Part shown: in pieces, positions 21,201-29,282 of the stretch | Layout: every line of letters starts with the position of its first letter | Position numbering within the stretch: the first letter of the stretch is position 1 | NCBI GenBank assembly: GCA_964443445.1 | Contig: CAYUEI010000001.1 | Location: 1-45,082 of the forward strand | Direction: 5' to 3' | Origin: an uncultured Prolixibacteraceae bacterium | GTDB taxonomy: Bacteria > Bacteroidota > Bacteroidia > Bacteroidales > Prolixibacteraceae | DNA length: 45,082 nt | Notes under the pieces: generated by a model | The model's database searches: none | What the model was told of the DNA's origin: nothing | The model's input: the letters and a program-made list of their open reading frames with translations, nothing else | Program-made: the position numbers and the translations under genes

Positions 21201-21288
21201 CTGTGGGCTCTAGTGTAATCATGTAGGTAATGGCTGCAACAAGAAAAGTGAACCATCCGGTAATAATGTTAAGCTTTTTGTAGTTCAT
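18223..21288 (-). CDS. DUF2723 / glycosyltransferase family 117-like polytopic membrane protein with C-terminal soluble domain
   Basis: 1021 aa. N-terminal SFWDCGEFITTAFKMEVGHPPGAPLFMLLGRFF, typical of DUF2723 as recalled. About 10 or more TM helices, then a large hydrophilic C-terminal part with TPR-like helices. Confidence 0.7.
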   Translation of the reverse strand: MNYKKLNIITGWFTFLVAAITYMITLEPTASFWDCGEFITTAFKMEVGHPPGAPLFMLLGRFFTIFSTAQGAAVMMNILSALASAFTIAFLFWSITHLTKRLITKDENPTLGQTIAILGSGLVGGLAYTFSDTFWFSAVEAEVYGTSSFFTAIVFWAILKWENVADEKYSNRWLILICYLAGLSIGVHLLNLLAIPAIAFIYYYKRYKVTNKGIIWALGISAVILAVILYVIIPGVVNLATVFERIFVNGIGAPVHTGFIIYLLGLIALIAWAIYYTHKKGKVLLNTIVLGFTVILIGFSTYAIIPIRSNAFPPMNQNTPNNAFALLSFLNREQYGDRPLFYGQYYNTPTDRNNPSSVDKKEYRVKKGKYVVATERFKPNYDDEFCTFFPRMWSKSDPQHIESYQYWGKIKGIKKTIRNSSGETETITKPTFAENIRFFVNYQLKFMYWRYFMWNFVGRQSDIQGHGNVIDGNWISGIKFIDEARLGNQDYLPKKFADNPGRNTYFFLPLILGLLGIIFQFRAGSQGKKDLWVVFLLFFFTGLAIVVYLNQYPNQPRERDYAFAGSFYAFSIWIGMGVAFLYNLIKKIASEKISATTATAVSLIAVPVLLAAQNWDDHDRSGRTSARDFGFNYLESVQPNGVIFTNGDNDTYPLWYNQEVEGVGTDKRVCNLSYLQTDWYIEQMQRKAYKSEPLPISFKYDQYVMGIRDVVYLMDDPRFKDKSIELGKALEFIKDDNPKTKIARAENAAYLPVRNLYMKVDKNAVIANGVVPQKDYSKIVDTMFIELTGNYISKDQLMILDMIYNNNWKRPIYYAISVGPEKFMSLDKYFKLEGLANRIVPVLSSTKNTQNGYVDTDIMYNNIMNKFKWGNVNDPDVYADENNRRMLNNMRNNFNRLAEALYLEGKKSQSIQVLDRCFKEIPIEKIPHDYISLLAAKLYLQMGETEKATKMIREMSDDFTSDLKFYFSLRTKDLTLLDNQLRSNIYYLNELAIMTEKMGIPELHNKIKTDFEKYYDMLVAL

Positions 21289-21440
21289 CGTTAAATGAAT
21301 TAGTTATATAAATCGATGATCATCTTTTAATTAAGACTTTATTAAGAACAGTTAATTTGATGTGCGAATATAACAGAAACTTTTCTATCTATCTAAATGA
21401 GTAATAAAAATTGTATTATTTTAGCCTAAACAATATTTAT

Positions 21441-21448
21441 TATCTTTG
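21441..21448 (+). promoter_or_regulatory. Candidate Bacteroidota -7 promoter box (TAtcTTTG) upstream of NUDIX/LysE pair
   Basis: Exact match to TAnnTTTG, 28 nt upstream of ATG 21476. No well-spaced -33 TTTG was seen. Confidence 0.3.
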
Positions 21449-21475
21449 AAAAAATTGTAAAAGACTTAAGCAAGA

Positions 21476-21868
21476 ATGAAAACTGAAAACGTTAGTTGCG
21501 CCATTATTATTAAAAATGATACAGTACTTGCCTGTCAGAGAGGACCTAATTCGGAGCACCCCTACGAATGGGAATTCCCCGGAGGTAAGAATGAAGAAAA
21601 TGAAACTCCTGAAGAATGTATTATAAGGGAAATATGGGAAGAACTTAATGTTGATATTGAGATTATCAATCCCCTTCATGAAATAGTTTTCAAGTATCCC
21701 ACTAAGACTATTAGGCTGATCCCTTTTCTATGCTCCATTAAAAATGGGAATCCTACCCCCGTAGAACATCATACAATTCGATGGCAGCTGAAAAACAGAT
21801 TGGCTGATCTTATATGGTCAGAGGCAGATGAAAAACTAATTTATGTTAATTCTTCTATTTTTAAATGA
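21476..21868 (+). CDS. NUDIX hydrolase, MutT-like nucleoside triphosphate pyrophosphohydrolase
   Basis: Nudix box GGKNEENETPEECIIREIWEELNV. 130 aa. Confidence 0.85.
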   Translation: MKTENVSCAIIIKNDTVLACQRGPNSEHPYEWEFPGGKNEENETPEECIIREIWEELNVDIEIINPLHEIVFKYPTKTIRLIPFLCSIKNGNPTPVEHHTIRWQLKNRLADLIWSEADEKLIYVNSSIFK

Positions 21869-22497
21869 TTACATTCTTAGCTATTTTCTTTTCTTCACTT
21901 ATAGTTGCTTTTTCCGGCGCTATGATGCCCGGTCCTCTGCTTACTTTGACTATCAGTGAAGCAACATCCAGAGGATCTGTTGCAGGACCATTACTTATAT
22001 CAGGTCATGCCGTTCTTGAACTTATTCTTTTAACTGGTTTGTTATTCGGACTTGGCCCATTGTTCAAAAATGAATATTTCTTTATAATTATTGCCTTTCT
22101 TGGGGGATTGATAATGATATGGATGGCCTATGGCATGTTCAAATCATTACCAACACTGACAGTTTCCAATTCAGTAACAACAAGCAAAAAGAAAAATCTT
22201 TTTATGGCTGGTATTTTGATGAGCCTTGCTAACCCATATTGGATAATCTGGTGGGCAACAATAGGATTAGGCTATATTGTCAGCTCCCTTGAATATGGAT
22301 GGTTAGGCGTTACATTATTTTTCATTGGCCATATTACAGGCGATATGATATGGTACTTTGCAATATCATTTACCATAGGGAAAGGTAAAAAACTCTTTAC
22401 AGATAAAATATACAGAATTTTAATAGCTGTATGTGGAACTTTTCTTACCGGCTATGCCTTTTATCTTGTAGCCTCGGGACTTAAAAAGATTATTTAA
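21865..22497 (+). CDS. LysE-family amino-acid exporter
   Basis: 210 aa, six hydrophobic segments, N-terminal MPGPLLTLTI motif. ATGA start/stop overlap with the NUDIX gene. Confidence 0.75.
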   Translation: MITFLAIFFSSLIVAFSGAMMPGPLLTLTISEATSRGSVAGPLLISGHAVLELILLTGLLFGLGPLFKNEYFFIIIAFLGGLIMIWMAYGMFKSLPTLTVSNSVTTSKKKNLFMAGILMSLANPYWIIWWATIGLGYIVSSLEYGWLGVTLFFIGHITGDMIWYFAISFTIGKGKKLFTDKIYRILIAVCGTFLTGYAFYLVASGLKKII

Positions 22498-23647
22498 GAT
22501 CAAGCAATTCAGATATCTTCTTAGGAATATCAGTATTCTGCATAATCCCCTTGAAATTTTCCGAACCCGGACCAAAAGAATAAACCGGAACCATGACTCC
22601 TGTATGGTGATCAGTTGAAAAATCTCCGGTTAAACTATGAGTCTCTATGTCTCCTTCTTCTATGGCAAAGCCTCCTGTTTCATGGTCGGCAGTTACTATT
22701 ACCAAAGTTTCTTTATTTTTTGATGCAAATTCAAGAGCAGCTCCTATGGCTAAATCAAAATCAAGAACTTCAGATATTAAATAACCAGTATGATTGTCAT
22801 GACCACCCCAATCAATTTGAGAGCCTTCAATCATCAGAAAAAAACCATCAGGATCGTTGTCAAGAATATTTATTGCAGTAGCTGTTGCAATTGGAAGCTC
22901 TTCCCCTCTGCCTTTTAACTTACTGGGATTATGATCTTCTGAAGTGAAACCGGCCAGTTTCCCTTCTTTAATTTTTGATATTTCATCAATACCAGATACA
23001 ACCTGATAACCTTTATCTTTTAATGCAACAGTCAAATCTTTTTTATCTTTCCTTTTATTGAAATTCATGGAACCACCTCCTATAAAAACATCAATATTGG
23101 TCTTTAAAAAGTCTTCGGCTATCTCTTCGTACATTTCCCTGTCAGGCTGATGTGCTACAAATGAGGCAGGAGTAGCATGAGTTATAACTGAAGTAGAAAC
23201 AACTCCTGTTGCCATTCCTTTAGCTTCTGCCTTTTCTCTAATATTTGGTATTGAGACTGTATCTTTATTCATTCCTATGGCACCGTTGTATGTTTTTTCC
23301 CCGGTTGCCAAAGCTGTACCCCCTGCAGCAGAATCAGTAATTAAATTATCGGCTGAATATGTTTTGCTGAAACCTATATTTTTGAAATTATTGAAAAATA
23401 ATTCACCTCCATTGGCAACCATAGCAGCATATACTTGCGATGTTCCCATACCATCCCCAATGAGCAATATTACATTCTCCGGTTTATTGGTTGTTTTTGG
23501 TTCCTCGTAATACTTAACCTTATGGATATTGTTGTTTTGATAATAATCAGGATCATCAACTGATATTTTTATGTATTCTTTCTGAGCGAATAAGTTTATC
23601 GAAAATATCGATAGAAATGATAATAATAGAAAGCCGCTTAATTTCAT
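22490..23647 (-). CDS. phoA: Alkaline phosphatase (PhoA family)
   Basis: Start moved to ATG 23647, which gives signal peptide MKLSGFLLLSFLSIFSINLFA. Motifs GDGMGTSQ, active-site TDSAAGGTA, DWGGHDN, TADHETGG. Confidence 0.9.
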   Translation of the reverse strand: MKLSGFLLLSFLSIFSINLFAQKEYIKISVDDPDYYQNNNIHKVKYYEEPKTTNKPENVILLIGDGMGTSQVYAAMVANGGELFFNNFKNIGFSKTYSADNLITDSAAGGTALATGEKTYNGAIGMNKDTVSIPNIREKAEAKGMATGVVSTSVITHATPASFVAHQPDREMYEEIAEDFLKTNIDVFIGGGSMNFNKRKDKKDLTVALKDKGYQVVSGIDEISKIKEGKLAGFTSEDHNPSKLKGRGEELPIATATAINILDNDPDGFFLMIEGSQIDWGGHDNHTGYLISEVLDFDLAIGAALEFASKNKETLVIVTADHETGGFAIEEGDIETHSLTGDFSTDHHTGVMVPVYSFGPGSENFKGIMQNTDIPKKISELLDLK

Positions 23648-23723
23648 AATTTTCCCTTTAAAAAAGTCATTTTTGCAAATTGAATTCAGGACAGCTAAGA
23701 TAAATAAATTTTTATAAAAAAAG

Positions 23724-24389
23724 TTATTTGTTAAGCGATTCAAGATCAAAGTTCTTATTCAGGGAATATGTAACAGGAATATTATTGAAGTCAGCATTTA
23801 TACATTTCAAGAATAAAAGTTCAGAAAGAATTTTCTCGGCATGCACTCTTGTTATTTGTGATATTCTGCAAAACTTTGATATTGTAATGGCTTTGTTTTC
23901 TTCCAGATATTTTATCAATAATGCTCTGGGCTCATCGTATGTAAATAAAAGTCCCTTTTTACTTTTTTCAAGCTTCCACGACTTGATGAGTGTATTATTG
24001 GCAACAATGTTTTCGTCATCACGTCTGATATAAACTATCCATTTTTTATCTTCATTCATTGCGTAATGGGGCTTGTCAATACTCTTTTCTACAATAATTT
24101 CCAGAACAATCTTTCCTTCAGCATCCCATTGCTGTACTTCAAATTTAATCGCCGGACGGCTATAAATCTTTGCAGCCGCTTCGACCATATAGAATTCTTC
24201 TTCAGAACTAATGCCAATTATCTTTCCGTTGTCCTTTACCCCAATTAGTAATCTCCCTCCATCGGTATTGGCAAAGGCAACAAGCGATTTAGCAATTTTC
24301 CTTGAATCGTTTATGCAATATTTAAAATCCTGCTGCTGGTGCTCTCCCTGTGATATCAGCTTAAAAAGAGGATTAACATTTAATTTCAT
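23724..24389 (-). CDS. AlbA_2 (Schlafen-like) putative DNA-binding protein with C-terminal wHTH-like region
   Basis: 221 aa. E..DFKY....RKIAKSLVAFANTDGGRLLIGVKDNGKIIGI matches the AlbA_2 pattern from memory. Confidence 0.6.
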   Translation of the reverse strand: MKLNVNPLFKLISQGEHQQQDFKYCINDSRKIAKSLVAFANTDGGRLLIGVKDNGKIIGISSEEEFYMVEAAAKIYSRPAIKFEVQQWDAEGKIVLEIIVEKSIDKPHYAMNEDKKWIVYIRRDDENIVANNTLIKSWKLEKSKKGLLFTYDEPRALLIKYLEENKAITISKFCRISQITRVHAEKILSELLFLKCINADFNNIPVTYSLNKNFDLESLNK

Positions 24390-24409
24390 AGCGTATTGAT
24401 AAAATTATC

Positions 24410-25678
24410 TTACAATACCTCGGCGACAACAAAAGTACTGCCTCCTATAAATATCATATCTTTTTCAGAAGAATTATTTTTTGCTGCCTCCAAAGCATCT
24501 TTTACTGTTGAATAAGTATCTCCTGTAAGGCCAAATGCCAATGACTTATCTTTGAGAATATTTTCATCAAGTGCCCTTTCAACTGATGCCTTACAAAAAT
24601 AATAAGTTGCTTTTACCGGAAGCATACTTAAAACTTTAGTAATGTCTTTATCACTTACCATTCCAAATACAATATGCAAATTATCGTACTTTTCCATTTC
24701 AAGCTGCTGAGTTATATATCTTATTCCTCCTTCATTATGTCCTGTGTCACAGATAATCAAAGGACGTTCACCTATCTTTTGCCATCTGCCCTGCAGTCCG
24801 GTATTTTTTACAACATTCTTCAATCCGTTGCTAATGGCTTCCTTTTTAATCTTTATTCCTGACGAATTTAAAATGTCAATAGACGATAGGACTGTAGCCA
24901 GATTCTTTTGCTGATAAATGCCGTTCAGCCCTAACGTATATTCTTCGGATTCATTTTCAGAAATGGCAAGGTATGCTGCCTGACCTACATTTTCAATCTT
25001 ATATTTCTTGTCAGAAAAGAAAATAGGAGAATCCATTTCAGAGGCTTTTTTTATAAATATTGAATCAGTTTCAGCCTGTGATTCCCCGATAATTACAGGT
25101 GTTTTTTTCTTAATGATGCCTGCTTTTTCATAAGCAATCTTTGAAAGTGTATCCCCAAGAATATTTACATGATCAAAGCTGATGTTGGTTATCACTGACA
25201 CAACCGGAGTTATAATATTGGTGCAATCGAGCCTTCCACCAAGTCCGACTTCGATAACTGCAATATCTACCTTTTTTTCACGGAAATAGTTGAAAGCCAG
25301 AGAAACAGAAATTTCGAAGAAAGAAGGCTTTAACTCCTTATTGTCTTTTAGAAAATCGTTAACAAAATCTGTAACTGCCTTTTTACTAATCATCCTGCCA
25401 TTCACTCTAATTCTCTCCCGAAAGTCTTTCAAATGTGGTGAAGTGAAAAGCCCAACCTTATATCCGGCACTTTGTAAAACAGATGCAAGCATGTGAGACA
25501 CAGAGCCTTTACCGTTAGTGCCTCCTATATGTATTGTTTTAAAATAATGATGAGGATTGTTATAAAGATTATCAAGGAAGATAGTGTTGTCAAGATTGTC
25601 TTTATAGGCAGCACTGCCAATCCTTTGAAACATTGGCAGTTGTTCAATTAAATATTCTATGGCTCTTTTGTAATTCAT
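24410..25678 (-). CDS. folC: Bifunctional folylpolyglutamate synthase / dihydrofolate synthase
   Basis: 422 aa. Mur-ligase P-loop GGTNGKGSV, plus FTSPHL and EVGLGGRLD motifs. Confidence 0.92.
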   Translation of the reverse strand: MNYKRAIEYLIEQLPMFQRIGSAAYKDNLDNTIFLDNLYNNPHHYFKTIHIGGTNGKGSVSHMLASVLQSAGYKVGLFTSPHLKDFRERIRVNGRMISKKAVTDFVNDFLKDNKELKPSFFEISVSLAFNYFREKKVDIAVIEVGLGGRLDCTNIITPVVSVITNISFDHVNILGDTLSKIAYEKAGIIKKKTPVIIGESQAETDSIFIKKASEMDSPIFFSDKKYKIENVGQAAYLAISENESEEYTLGLNGIYQQKNLATVLSSIDILNSSGIKIKKEAISNGLKNVVKNTGLQGRWQKIGERPLIICDTGHNEGGIRYITQQLEMEKYDNLHIVFGMVSDKDITKVLSMLPVKATYYFCKASVERALDENILKDKSLAFGLTGDTYSTVKDALEAAKNNSSEKDMIFIGGSTFVVAEVL

Positions 25679-25815
25679 TTTATCAACAATAAATTGTTAC
25701 AAAATATATCAGTTTGAATACATTTTACCTGAAATAAAACGTCAATTAATTCTTACATTTAAAAAGAGTTTAATAATAAACATGTTTCTGCAAATAACCA
25801 GAAAATTTTATTACA

Positions 25816-27144
25816 ATGGGATTAAAACGATCAAAAATTTTTGTTTTAGATACTAATGTAATTCTTCACGATCATCGTTGCATATTTAATTTTCAGGATA
25901 ATGATGTTGTTTTGCCAATTACGGTACTCGAAGAACTGGATAAATTCAAAAGGGGTAGTGATCAGCTTAATTATCAGGCAAGAGAATTTGTTCGCTTGCT
26001 TGACGAGCTTGTTAAAGATGAACTTTTCAACGGAGGCTTGTCTCTTGGCCCCAAGAAGGGAAAACTTAAAATAGAAACTGGCAAACACCCTTCAGAAAAA
26101 ATTCTTTCTTCATTCAGGGAGGATATTCCCGATCATCGTATTCTGGCAATCACCGAACATTTGAAAGTGAATAACCCCGGAAGGAAGGTTGTTCTTATTT
26201 CAAAAGATATAAACCTGAGAATGAAAGCTAAATCTTTGGCAATCGATGCAGAAGATTATAAGAACGATAAAGTTACTGACCCTCAGATTCTTGATAAGGG
26301 GGTTAATGTTAGGGATCAGTTTAACGATGCCCTGATTACAAAGTTATATGAGGAAAAATATATTTCTTTCAAGGATTCAGGCTTTGAAAAGCACCCTGAC
26401 GCCAATGATTATTTTATATTCAAGGGAACAAGTGCTTCTGCTTTAGTAAGATATGAAGCAGAGACCAAACGTTTTGAACGTGTAGACAAGAGAACTGCTT
26501 ATGGTATCAAGCCAAGAAATGCTGAGCAGACTTTTTTATTGAATGCATTGTTTAATCCCGAAATTAAGTTAGTTGCCGTAACCGGAAAGGCAGGAACGGG
26601 AAAAACATTGCTGGCACTAGCTGCTGCTGTAGCCCAGCACGATCAGTTCGACCAGATAATGCTTGCCCGGCCGATAGTTGCATTAAGCAACCGCGACATT
26701 GGCTTTCTTCCCGGTGATGCAGATGAAAAGATCAGGCCATATATGCAGCCTCTTTACGATAATCTTGGTGTAATCAAACATTGTTTTAACCCCAGGAGCG
26801 TTGAATATACCCGAATTGAAGAGATGGAAAGGGAAGATAAGCTGGTAATTGCAGCTCTGGCATATATAAGGGGCAGAAGCCTTTCAAATTCTTATTTCAT
26901 CATCGATGAAGCTCAGAACTTAACTCCCCACGAAGTGAAAACAATAATCACCAGAGCAGGGGAGGGAACTAAAATGGTTTTCACAGGCGATTTACACCAG
27001 ATAGATTCACCTTATCTTGATCAGCAGTCGAACGGGCTGGCTTATCTTTCTGATAAGATGAAAGGGCAAACTCTTTTTGCTCATGTCAACCTTGTAAAAG
27101 GTGAAAGAAGCTATCTGGCTGAATTGGCAAGCGATTTGTTGTAA
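25816..27144 (+). CDS. PIN-domain + PhoH-like ATPase (YlaK-type)
   Basis: N-terminal PIN (VLDTNVILHD ... ELD). C-terminal PhoH with Walker A GKAGTGKT and Walker B FIIDEAQN. Confidence 0.9.
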   Translation: MGLKRSKIFVLDTNVILHDHRCIFNFQDNDVVLPITVLEELDKFKRGSDQLNYQAREFVRLLDELVKDELFNGGLSLGPKKGKLKIETGKHPSEKILSSFREDIPDHRILAITEHLKVNNPGRKVVLISKDINLRMKAKSLAIDAEDYKNDKVTDPQILDKGVNVRDQFNDALITKLYEEKYISFKDSGFEKHPDANDYFIFKGTSASALVRYEAETKRFERVDKRTAYGIKPRNAEQTFLLNALFNPEIKLVAVTGKAGTGKTLLALAAAVAQHDQFDQIMLARPIVALSNRDIGFLPGDADEKIRPYMQPLYDNLGVIKHCFNPRSVEYTRIEEMEREDKLVIAALAYIRGRSLSNSYFIIDEAQNLTPHEVKTIITRAGEGTKMVFTGDLHQIDSPYLDQQSNGLAYLSDKMKGQTLFAHVNLVKGERSYLAELASDLL

Positions 27145-27310
27145 TTATATGTTATAATAATATTTATCCAATTGGCTGCAATAAAAATTTTATCAACCCG
27201 TTTTTATTTCTGTAAGGATTGGGATGTTATTCACTTCTATTGCAGGTTATCGTTGGTCATTTTTATTACATATCCTCCCAATCCTTTTTGTTTTTAATAT
27301 CTCTACTGCT

Positions 27311-27880
27311 ATGATCAAAGATCTTATAATAAAAAACAGAACTTACAGGCGATACGACGAATCTGTTGATATTCCTGAAGAAAAGCTGATAGAATGGGTT
27401 GACCTTACCCGCTATTGTGCTTCAGGCAGAAATGCACAACCATTGAAGTATATCATTTCATGTGATAAGGAAAAAAACAAGAAAGTCTTTTCAACCTTAG
27501 CATGGGCAGCTTTCCTTAATGATTGGGATGGTCCTGTTGAAGGAGAAAGGCCTGCTGCATATATCATTCAACTGCTTGATACTGATATTGCGAATAACTT
27601 TTTCTGTGATGATGGCATTGCTGCTCAAAGCATATTACTTGCTGCAGTTGAGGAAGGTTTCGGAGGATGTATTTTTCGCTCCATAAATAAAGCTAAACTC
27701 ACAGAATTGTTAGGTATTCCCGGCCAGTTCCAGATAATCAATGTCATTTCATTGGGCAAACCAATAGAAAAGGTTGTTATTGATGATTTAGCAAATAATG
27801 ATTATAAGTACTGGAGAGAAGAAGATGGTACTCATCATGTTCCTAAAAGATTGTTAAAAGATATTTTGCTCGGCATTTAA
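27311..27880 (+). CDS. Nitroreductase-family flavoprotein
   Basis: Start preferred at ATG 27311 (MIKDLIIKNRTYRRY, typical nitroreductase N-terminus). The upstream 29 codons are hydrophobic read-through of the intergenic region. Confidence 0.75.
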   Translation: MIKDLIIKNRTYRRYDESVDIPEEKLIEWVDLTRYCASGRNAQPLKYIISCDKEKNKKVFSTLAWAAFLNDWDGPVEGERPAAYIIQLLDTDIANNFFCDDGIAAQSILLAAVEEGFGGCIFRSINKAKLTELLGIPGQFQIINVISLGKPIEKVVIDDLANNDYKYWREEDGTHHVPKRLLKDILLGI

Positions 27881-27926
27881 TCTTAAAGGTTATAAATGCA
27901 TATTAATCTGATCTTATTCGAACCAA

Positions 27927-28028
27927 CTAGCCAGCAGAGAGCCAGCAAAGAGCCACTAAATACCACAAGCAATCATTTTAATGGTATTTGCTGGCACTTT
28001 GCTGGCACTTTGCTGGCACTCTGCTACG
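27927..28028. repeat. Long imperfect hairpin built from inverted arrays of 11-nt tandem repeats, between convergent genes
   Basis: Left arm agccagcagag/agccagcaaag/agccactaaat (27929-27961). Right arm has three tandem 11-nt units tttgctggcac (27987-28019). 27930-27965 pairs with 27982-28017 (36 positions, 3 mismatches, 2 G-T wobbles). Within it, A.A mismatches fall at 27951/27996 and 27940/28007, 11 nt apart, and the next 11-nt step (27929/28018, just outside the helix) is also A.A. Loop is 27966-27981. Confidence 0.8.
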
Positions 28029-28080
28029 TTTATGACATATATAAAATTCTATACTGAATAGATAAATCAAAGAGGGGAAA

Positions 28081-28995
28081 TCAATGTCTTACAAATATTG
28101 CTTTAATAATGTCCCAAACCATTTTGGGGTTCTCCTTAAGTCTTCTTGAGCAGTATCCAAACCAGTCTTTGCCATATGGTACGTACACTCTCATCTTATG
28201 TCCATCTGAAATAATTCTGTCCCTTAAGTTGGGAGTTACTCCGTATAACATTTGAAATTCATATTTATCTTTTCTGACAGAATATTTATTTATAAGTTTT
28301 AATGATTCATCAACAAGATAAGAATCGTGGGTAGCAATTCCGGTATAAATTCCATTCTTCAACATCAATTCCAGTAAGGTTAAATAGTTTGACCTTACTT
28401 CTGAATAGCCTTGATAAGCAATATTTTCAGGTTCAACATATATTCCTTTACATAGCCTGAAATTCAGTTTTTCGGGATATCCATCTGTGTATTTTATTAA
28501 ATCTTCAACATCTTTTCGGGTTCTGTAAAGATATGCTTGTAACACTAATCCAACATTTTCGGGGTAGTCTGATTTTAACTTCTTGTATAGTTCAATTTCA
28601 TCAGTTGTGCATTGAGAATCTTCCATGTCAATTCTGACAAAACTGTTTCTTTCAGAAGCTTTCTTTACCACTTCTTTTAGTAATTCATAGCATTTGTCTT
28701 TGTCTATAATCAAGCCGAAACTTGTAGGTTTAACAGAGAAGTTTCCCTTTATTCCTTCATCGGTAAACCTGTTTATTATTTCAATATATTTGTTTTTATT
28801 CGACTCTGCCTCTTCTATAGTATGTATAAACTCACCTAGCAAATCAACTGTTATGTGTATTCCTTTTTCATTTAATTGTTTGGATATCGAAATACACTCG
28901 TCTATAGTCACCCCTGCTACATATCTTTTAGAAAATATCCATACAAACTTTTTCGGGAAATAGGGTAAAATATTAGCAATAATCCTGTTGAACAT
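28081..28995 (-). CDS. Proline dehydrogenase (monofunctional PutA-like)
   Basis: 304 aa. TIM-barrel PRODH pattern with the C-terminal motif YGV...R..I...G...RVYVPYG.DWFGYCSRRLKENP. Confidence 0.8.
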   Translation of the reverse strand: MFNRIIANILPYFPKKFVWIFSKRYVAGVTIDECISISKQLNEKGIHITVDLLGEFIHTIEEAESNKNKYIEIINRFTDEGIKGNFSVKPTSFGLIIDKDKCYELLKEVVKKASERNSFVRIDMEDSQCTTDEIELYKKLKSDYPENVGLVLQAYLYRTRKDVEDLIKYTDGYPEKLNFRLCKGIYVEPENIAYQGYSEVRSNYLTLLELMLKNGIYTGIATHDSYLVDESLKLINKYSVRKDKYEFQMLYGVTPNLRDRIISDGHKMRVYVPYGKDWFGYCSRRLKENPKMVWDIIKAIFVRH

Positions 28996-29123
28996 ACAAT
29001 TGAATTTAAAATGAAACCAATTTAAATTTAGTACATTCCAATTATGTTACTAATGACCTAAATCAGCAGTATTGCATGACTTTTGGCATAAAATGGTGGT
29101 GCTTAAACTTTGTTTATTATTAC

Positions 29124-29155
29124 TTTGTGACTATTGAATTTTAAAATTATATTTG
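29124..29155 (+). promoter_or_regulatory. Candidate Bacteroidota sigma-A promoter (-33 TTTG, 20-nt spacer, -7 TAtaTTTG)
   Basis: TTTG at 29124-29127 and TATATTTG at 29148-29155, matching the published Bacteroides -33/-7 consensus and spacing. Implies a leader of about 120 nt before ompH ATG 29283. Confidence 0.45.
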
Positions 29156-29282
29156 CAACTAAATAAACGTTTTAAAAATTTAACGATCATATTTGATACT
29201 AATACAAACAAGGATGAATCGTATATTGGTACTAGCTATTATTCACATACGAGTTACATCCGACCTTAAAAAATAAATTCTG

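Noticed and set aside
23648-23749. 34-codon N-terminal extension of the alkaline phosphatase ORF, overlapping the 3' end of the AlbA_2 gene.
   Set aside because: The internal ATG at 23647 yields a clean signal peptide. The extension has none and would create a 26-nt overlap with the AlbA_2 gene.
26608-26618. Exact 11-nt match (ttgctggcact) between the PhoH coding sequence and the repeat unit of the 27.9-kb hairpin.
   Set aside because: It is a single unit inside a codon-constrained Ala/Leu-rich stretch (TLLALAAAVA). This is most likely coincidence.
23724-27144. AlbA_2 (Schlafen-like) protein and PIN-PhoH ATPase flanking folC, considered as a possible anti-phage defence island.
   Set aside because: The two genes are on opposite strands, separated by a housekeeping gene. 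There is no integrase, tRNA or repeat boundary. Both families are broadly conserved single-copy genes in Bacteroidota rather than variable-island cargo.
27224-27310. 29-codon hydrophobic extension at the start of the nitroreductase ORF.
   Set aside because: Nitroreductases are soluble, and MIKDLIIKNRTYRRY at 27311 is the typical family N-terminus.
27916-27924. attcgaacc, which is GGTTCGAAT on the minus strand and resembles a tRNA T-loop.
   Set aside because: The flanking bases do not form a T-stem, and no acceptor, anticodon or D arms can be drawn.
27927-28028. The tandem 11-nt repeats considered as a CRISPR array or minisatellite.
   Set aside because: The repeats are contiguous with no spacers, far shorter than CRISPR repeats, arranged as an inverted pair, and no cas genes are present.
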